The translations under genes and the position numbers were made by a program. The notes below the pieces were generated by a model. It ran no database searches. It was given only the letters and a program-made list of their open reading frames with translations, and had not been told where the DNA came from. A DNA stretch of 62,601 nt, counting the filler, from Kipferlia bialata (lineage: Eukaryota), in the NCBI GenBank assembly GCA_003568945.1. It is 2 parts of 2 records of this genome, joined end to end, with 100 filler letters (N's around TTAATTAATTAA, not from the genome) between each part and the next. Parts side by side here need not be neighbours in the genome. Positions count along the whole stretch, not along the records: positions 31,372 to 62,601 come from BDIP01000110.1; 1 more part is not named here. One strand, written 5' to 3'. Shown in pieces: positions 55,291 to 62,601 of the stretch; within the stretch, counting starts at the first letter, position 1; each line of letters begins with the position of its first letter.

Positions 55291-57973
55291 AGACCCTTAT
55301 ATTCAGTCTTAGCTACAAGCGTGATGTGGAGACCTTGGAGTACATCATCACACACCTCGAGGGGATGGGGTTCAGTGTTACCGATCTCATAGGTATATGG
55401 TTCATATATACATATATACTATATACTAATGAGTATCATCACACACCTCGAGGGGATGGGGTTCAACGTGACTGATCTCATAGGTAAATATATATATACA
55501 CATACACACATATATACTAATTTATGTATTACATATATATCTACTATATGTACTATATATATATACTATATACATATGGTTACATCATCAGACACCTCGA
55601 GGGGATGGGGTTCAACGTGACTGATCTCATAGGTATATATAGTGTATATTCTGATATGTATATACTTACCTTCTATGGGTAAATTAATATATAGTGCATA
55701 TATATATATGTAGTTACTATCTCTATAGGTCATTCTAACGGTGCCAACATTGTGCTGAGCATGCACCAGTCGCCTAACCATATGTATAGATATAGATATA
55801 GATATAGATATAGATATAGATATAGATAGATAGATATACTGGTAAAGAGGATGTAGCTCTCATATTTACATATATACGGGTATATATGCTTACAGGTAGG
55901 CCACTCCAAGGGTGCCAACATTGTGCTGAGCATGCACCAGTCACCCCTGCCATCACTCAGACACCTGTTCATATGCTCAAGCAGGTACATAGGCACATAC
56001 ATAGTATATATACAAATATATATGAGTATAGGTACATATATGTATTAATATGTATATATAGTATCGCCCCTGCCCTCACTCAGACACTTGTTCATATGCC
56101 CCAGCAGGTACATAGACATATATATGCACATATAGATTGTGATCGATACTGCCCCCCTCCCCTCTCCCCTAATCCACACTGATATATCCCTGTCGTATTC
56201 CCGATATATGTACAAGTATCTTCTTAATTCCTCTCTCTCTCTCTATGTTCCTCTGTCTCTCCCTCTCACCCCTGTCCTCACCCTCCCAGGCACGACATGC
56301 TCGGCAGACCCAAAGGTATGTATATCAATATATATATATATATATAGGGAGAGACAAAGGTATGTGGATGTAAGTTGGGGCACTCTATCGCGTTTCTCTC
56401 TTTCCCTATTTGCGTCTCTCTTGATTCATCGCTAACAGTATATCGTGCCTTCTTTCAGTATACATATAGTATGAGAAATAGAATATTTCAGAATACATAT
56501 AGTACAATAACCTTGATATAGTATAAGTATTGTATAGTATCTCTCTCACTTTCCAGGCCGATACTCCGATGCCCAGCGCAAGACTCTGGCTGAGACTGGA
56601 TGCTTCAGACACACATTCAGCAAGTATGTATATATACTGTATAGTGTATACATATATATATATACAGTATATTCCAAATAGTAATTTCTTTGAGATTGAA
56701 AGCTTCACTGCAAGTACGCATGTATTGACTACAGTACTTCCTATACATATACCACTGATATCTTGACCCCCAGGTACACTGGAGAGGTCACTGTGCGTGG
56801 GTGTGACATGAAGGAGAGGGAGCAGGTATCCATATGCCATGCCCAATTCTATATACCACACTCTATTCAGAGCATATTATATAGTGTATGTGGGTGTGAC
56901 ATTGTCAGTGTCTGGACTCCTAGATTGACATGTATACTTCTTCTTGACTGGTCCTGACTGCTCTTGACTTCTATTGACCCCTTCCCAGATTGACATGGAC
57001 CGTGACCACCTTGCCAAGTGGGGGGAGAGAGAGGCCAGGAGGGCACAGGAGGGATACACTCCCTTAAAGGCCACAGTGGTCCATGGGAGGTATATATTCT
57101 TTAGTAATACTATTCATATATATGTATATCATATGACATATATATGTGAGAGAGAATATCAGTATCGCTTGAGGCCACTATCGTGCACGGGGAGGTACAC
57201 TCATACATTCACATACTCTCGTATGTATCCTATATAGTGTAGTCCATTCTTCTATATACTTGCTCCTTTGTATATTTCTATTTCCAGCTCTAGATACCTA
57301 TTTTCTGTATTACTTATACTTAGAGCTGATACACTCATCCTCTATGCAGATGCAGAGTATATCAGTATCAGTATCACTTTCTGTATACATACATTATTGA
57401 TATCCTTATATATATTTTACTCACATTAGGGCCGATACCGTCATCCCCTATGTGGATGCTGAGCGCATCAGAGACGGACTGGAGAGGGTGGGGGTGGCAT
57501 GTGCGCTCTTCCCACTAGGTACTTGTATACTACTCTATGCTATGCTATACAATACTATACTATACTATACTATACTATACTATGTATATACTGTATTCTA
57601 TGGAGAGGGTGGGGGGTGGCATGTGCCCTATATCCACTAGGTAAGGATTGCATATCGCATATATACTGGACAAATACTAGGAATATATGAAGTGTGTACA
57701 TTGTATATATGTCTTTATTGTATATATGTCTATACATCCGTAGATGGACATGTATATGTACTATATATGTATTTCCGAAGCAGTCTAACCACAGGCCCTC
57801 CCAAGGCAGATGGAGTGGAGGGGGAGAGGGAGGGAGAGATTGAGACCCCCCAGATAGGGGAGGTAGAGGGAGAGAGAGAGGAGGAGGAGGAGGAGAAGCC
57901 CTGTGACCACATGTTCGCAGGGTACGAGAAGGCAGTGGCTGACATTGTAATGGGGGTTATCAACGCTAGATAG
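53613..57973 (+). CDS. Alpha/beta-hydrolase fold protein (serine esterase-like)
   Basis: Spliced product has IMIHGLGSH, RFDIQGHGKSTGEF, nucleophile GHSKG (about 55900-55915), acid HGRADTVIP and His CDHMF. TAG at 57971-57973. Confidence 0.88.
54900..55306 (+). repeat. Four tandem units of about 95 bp: (CT)n + branch + AG + about 40 nt of the next exon
   Basis: Echo starts at 54923, 55019, 55113 and 55207. The full exon (SLSYKRDVETLEYIITHLEG...) starts at 55307. Confidence 0.92.
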
Positions 57974-58348
57974 GAAGCTAACGCGAAATACAATTGCTCA
58001 CGCGAGATTTATGGTTAGCAGTGGCTGACATAGTCATGGGGGTCATCAACGCGAGATAGATAGACAACGTGACATAGAGAGTTGATAACACACACGATGT
58101 ATGTGCCACTATTGACCTTGAATGTTAGCAATCACAACTGAACTGAACTGAACATGGTGACCAAGTATCTATTTCACAACTCTTCCAATCATGAGCAGTT
58201 GTCCTGCAAAGCCCTTGAAAGATAGTGCAACGCCTAGTCCCCCTAGTCTCTCTAGCGTAGGCCGAATCCCTCGCTGTCACTCTATCTTTGTCTAGCTAGA
58301 TATAACACTAGGGCCTAATAGTCCTTTGACATACAAGTGAGGAAACCT

Positions 58349-60334
58349 CTAACGGAGACCGAATCCCTCGCTGTTGCCAATGGCAATCAGAAGCTGCTCA
58401 CGAAGAACATCCTTGGAGCTGGGGTGAGTACATATAGACAGAAAGAGAGAGACAATGAGACCTGAGGCTAATACATATACGTGTATATATGGTGAGAGTG
58501 GAAGAGACAGACACACGCATACCTGTAGTCCGGTATCATGAGGGCACTGAAGCACACGTGGGAGGTGGGGAGTCTGGGATGAGAGGATGGTACCTAAAAC
58601 ACAGACAATATATATAGCTATACTACCATCTATAGCTGTAGGTCACATACATAGGTAGTAGACATGCATGTACATGGTACATATAACTTGTCAATGCCCA
58701 TACCTGTCATCCTCCACCCCGTTCCTGACAATGATGAACTGCTACATTAATATATAAATATATATATGTACATATATGTGATGGTATATTCTATGTCTAC
58801 TATACCTGTCATCCTCCACCCCGTTCCTGACAATGATGAACTGCTGCTTGGAGAGACCGCCTGACTGTCAGAATACAATATATATATATGGAAGATATAT
58901 ATATATATGGAAGAAAAGTGACTGTATGAACTGCCGCTCAGAGAGACCACCTGACTGTAAGAATACATAACCAAACTATATAGAGCGACAATACAAAGAC
59001 ATAAAACAATGGTGACTGTAAGAACTGATACACTATGTCATACCTACTGGTGCCCTGTCACTCCCGCACACACCAACCAACCAATCAATCAATAGACAAA
59101 TGAATCAATCAATCAATCAATCAATCAATCCATTAATGATGATTACTCACCTACTGGTGCCCTGTCACTACCACACACAAACTTGAGCAGTTGTTTCTGC
59201 TGCTCTGGGGTCATGTCATGCACAATCTCCCAGAACCACAGGACTGAGGTGAGTATATATTATATAGACATAATGATATACATTATATTATGAAAGATGT
59301 ATATATATGAATATGAATATATAGGTCATGTCATGCACAATCTCCCAGAACCACAGGACTGAGGTCAGTATATGCGGTTATATTATATATATATACTTAT
59401 AGGAGAAGTGGAGAAGTGAGGTTAAGTATATAGAAACAGATATATAGATATATATGTATCAAATGCTGTGGTCATGTCATGCACAATCTCCCAGAACCAC
59501 AGGACTGGAATGAGTATATATTACATATACATACAGATATATAATATAATGTGAAAGATGTATATACATGTATATGTATATGGGTCATGTACAATGTCAT
59601 GCACAAACTCCCAGAACCACAGGACTGGAATGAGTATATACGGCTATAATAAATAATTATAATCATATCAAGAGTGGAGAAGTGAGGAAAAGTATATAGA
59701 AACAGATCTATAGATAATGAATTCAGAGGTCATGCACAATCTCCCAGAACCACACGACTGAGGGTGAAAGTACGGTTAATCACCAAAACAATATAGAATT
59801 ACACAAAACATTCAATGTATTTCATTGTATGTAAAAGACAAGGACCATGCACATTCATACCATACCTATCTTGTGGCTGGCATATGTTTCTAGAGTATAC
59901 ATCTACTATATGTCATACCTATCTTGTGGCTGATGTGGTACCCACCATCAAATATAGTTATATATAGGTATACATACAGGTATATATAGTACATACAGTA
60001 CACACAATAGTATACAATACCTATCTTGTGGCTGATGTGGTACCCTCCATCAAATAACCATATATATGCATATATACATATGTATAGGTATACAGTACAT
60101 ATAGCATATGTATACCATGTATCCTACCTATCTTGTGGCTGATGTGGTACCCTCCATCATACTTGGTGACACGCTCCAGGGCCTGGGGAGTGAGACTACG
60201 AAATGAATATATTTATATATATAATGATAATGTGCTATTAAACACACATGAACATATAACCATACCTTGAAGTCGAGTGTCTGTTCTCCACACACTATCA
60301 GCTCCATCTCCTCGGGTCTGAAGAAGGGGGGGCC
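58349..60334 (-). CDS. HECT-domain E3 ubiquitin ligase, C-terminal part only (UBE3A/HERC-like)
   Basis: Exons splice to [106 protein letters not shown]. The catalytic Cys and terminal Phe are retained. Confidence 0.92.
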
Positions 60335-60430
60335 CTATGAGTTAGACATATATATATAGAATATATAGTGTATACACACATGTATATATATATATATATA
60401 TATCAGCTCCATCTCCTCGGGTCTGAAGAA

Positions 60431-60475
<45 letters not shown>

Positions 60476-60858
60476 TAGGGTAACACGAGGCAAAGAGATG
60501 GTGAACTGGCAACGACTATGCAGACGGGTGAGGAGTGATGCACAAATAGGTATAAATGCAGAGTGAGACTGACTAAATACTGCCAAATACAACTTGTAGT
60601 GTGAGAGTATAGCTGGGAAATATTGACTAATATCCCGGTAAAAATACTCTTATGCACAAAATTCACCACTTACAGAGCACGGTAGTTGAATACTTGACCG
60701 AGACAGCGGTAGAGACCAAAAGACACTATGTTGGGAAGACCACTTAACCATCACCCACTGCCACTGCAATACAACACCCATCCCGCTCTCACTCCCTCCT
60801 CTCTCTGTATATCCCCCTCCCCCTTCCACCCCCCTCTGTGACCGATAGCAGAACTCAC

Positions 60859-60996
60859 CTCCTGCCTTGCGGCTGTCTGCTCAATCTCTCTGTTGTAGTC
60901 TGGCTGCACTGCCTGGACCTGTCTCAGTCTCTGCCGCAGCTGGGCATTCCTGGCCTGCTGGTACTGCAGGTCTTCGTGGGAGCCAGACCCAGACAT
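60859..60996 (-). CDS. Probable first exon (MSGSGSHEDLQYQQARNAQLRQRL...ARQE); parent gene unclear
   Basis: ATG-initiated, coiled-coil-like and ends at a phase-0 GTGAG donor. It is in frame with the HECT exon at 60334 but separated from it by a long G run. Confidence 0.5.
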
Positions 60997-61137
60997 AGCT
61001 AGTAGTGCCTGGGGGTGGTAGAGAGGGGGAGAATGTTCAGCAATTCAGAGAGTCCGACGAGACTTTGATCGGAGAGAGAGTTGAATCTCGACCGGCGTTG
61101 AAACCATACCACTTCCCAAGGCCCACCTAGAGCTGAG

Positions 61138-62601
61138 ATGCTCGCTCTGATCGTACTTGCGGTGGCTGCTCTGGTGTATGGAGCCCCCATCCACATTCTG
61201 CACACCACAGATGGTGAGTGGGAGTGGGTATGGGTCCCTCTATGCTTGTCGTTGCCCTTTCCTCACCCCCAGTGCACTCCTGGGTGGACGCACACCCTCA
61301 CAACTCAACCCTGAACGCTGATCTTGGCTCCTTTGTGTCCTTCTCCGAGAGGTTCAGGACCATGGCCCTGGGAGACGGGGATGACGTGCTCATGTTTGAC
61401 ACAGGCGACTTCATCCAGGTATGCCTTCATACTCAGTAACCTACAGGGGTAGGGGGTGTTAGCGTAATATATGGGTAGGTATGGTGGTGGTGGAAGGGCA
61501 GGGTTGGATATGGTGCATGACAGACCACAACGTATACATAGTGTTCCTGACCACATCTGTTTGTCCAGTACCCCATGGCTCTCATGTGCCTCCCCCCCGC
61601 CCTCTCTCTCTCCCTCTCTTTCCCCTTACCCCCTAGGGCACTGGCTTCAGCGATGCCTCTGAGATTGTTGGTCAGTATGCCTATGATGTCACCACCAACC
61701 TGGCCTATGATGCACTGACAGCTGGGAACCACGACATATCGGTGAGTGGGGCGGATATACATGGGTAGATACTACTAACCAGTATGCTGGAAGATATGGG
61801 TCGTTAACAGTGAGCGTAGTTGGGTGGGTATCCGCCTAGTGGTTACGGTATGAGTACTGTCACCATCCCATTTCTGCCCCCCATGCATCTATCCTGTCAT
61901 ATGGATACTTACCACCTGGTTTATAGAGATATATATAGATTGTAAAAGTATATACCTACTATGCCGCTCTCCCTCACCCCCAAGTTGATGACAGTGTGGA
62001 CAACAAGGATATATACATATGCATAGTGTATATATTGCGTGTCTATATATAGTATACCGAATCATATGTATATACCCTTATACCAGGTTGATGACAGTGT
62101 GGACTACATGGTGGACACCTTCATCCCCCACTGGGGCAACACATTTGTCACAACAAACATCTACAAGGTATGATGCATGGATATATTGGATGTATGTACT
62201 AATGCATATATATCCAGGTTATCTATAGATTCTGACATTCGGCACAACAAACATCTACAAGGTACACTGAGTAGATAGATAGATAAGATATATATATGTA
62301 CTAATATAGTACATATATATATACATATGGTAGTGCCCATATGGCCCGGATATATGTACTGACATTCGTCAGATCAAACATCTACAAGGCACACTGAGTG
62401 GAAATGTGGGCTACATGTATTATTCACACTAATTCTACTTAATATATATGTCTCTACCCATCAGGATGGCGACTACCTGGGTGTGCCCTACCCAGACACA
62501 TATCTCTCCCTCTCTCTCTAATTTTTCTCTAATCTGCTACATATACATCCAACCATCAGGATGGCGACTACCTGGGTGTGCCCTACACTGTGATATTCTC
62601 T
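61138..62601 (+). CDS. Secreted calcineurin-like metallophosphoesterase / 5'-nucleotidase (YHR202W-like), 3' incomplete
   Basis: Signal-like MLALIVLAVAALVYGA, then ILHTTDVHSW, ADLGSFVSF, MFDTGDFIQGTGFSDA, YDALTAGNHDI and HWGNTFVTTNI. These contain the DxH, GD and GNHD metallophosphatase motifs. Confidence 0.85.

Noticed and set aside
54900..55306. CRISPR-like appearance of regularly spaced repeats (also 3098-3600 and 59210-59760)
   Set aside because: The repeats are copies of an adjacent exon start, the spacers are microsatellites, the context is eukaryotic and no cas genes are present.
1..62601. Most ORFs in the six-frame track (YIYI, LSLS, poly-P/G, X-rich)
   Set aside because: They are translations of (TA)n, (CT)n, homopolymers, N gaps or exon-intron read-through, not genes.

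Overview
Eukaryotic, very intron-rich genomic DNA with (TA)n/(CT)n-filled introns. It comprises two contigs joined by an artificial N-TTAATTAATTAA-N linker at 31272-31371. Acceptors carry a branch-like CTRAC/CTCAC motif almost fused to YAG, which resembles metamonad introns; Kipferlia-like is my inference only. I spliced the genes by eye. Contig 1 is an internal part of one giant, highly divergent dynein-heavy-chain-like gene whose AAA1 P-loop has lost its lysine. Contig 2 holds a hypothetical protein (-), a POC5-like protein (+), an SPX-EXS XPR1/SYG1/PHO1-family protein (-), a long-chain acyl-CoA ligase (-, N-terminus not found), an alpha/beta hydrolase (+), the C-terminal part of a HECT E3 ligase (-) and a secreted YHR202W-like 5'-nucleotidase (+, runs off the window). 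The most striking feature is a pervasive system of 'exon echoes'. Introns contain stacked half-copies of their flanking exons: exon 3' end plus GT downstream of an exon, and branch plus AG plus exon 5' start upstream. Three 3' UTRs contain copies of the last codons including the stop. Many echoes differ from the real exon almost only at synonymous positions, although they cannot be translated by ordinary splicing.
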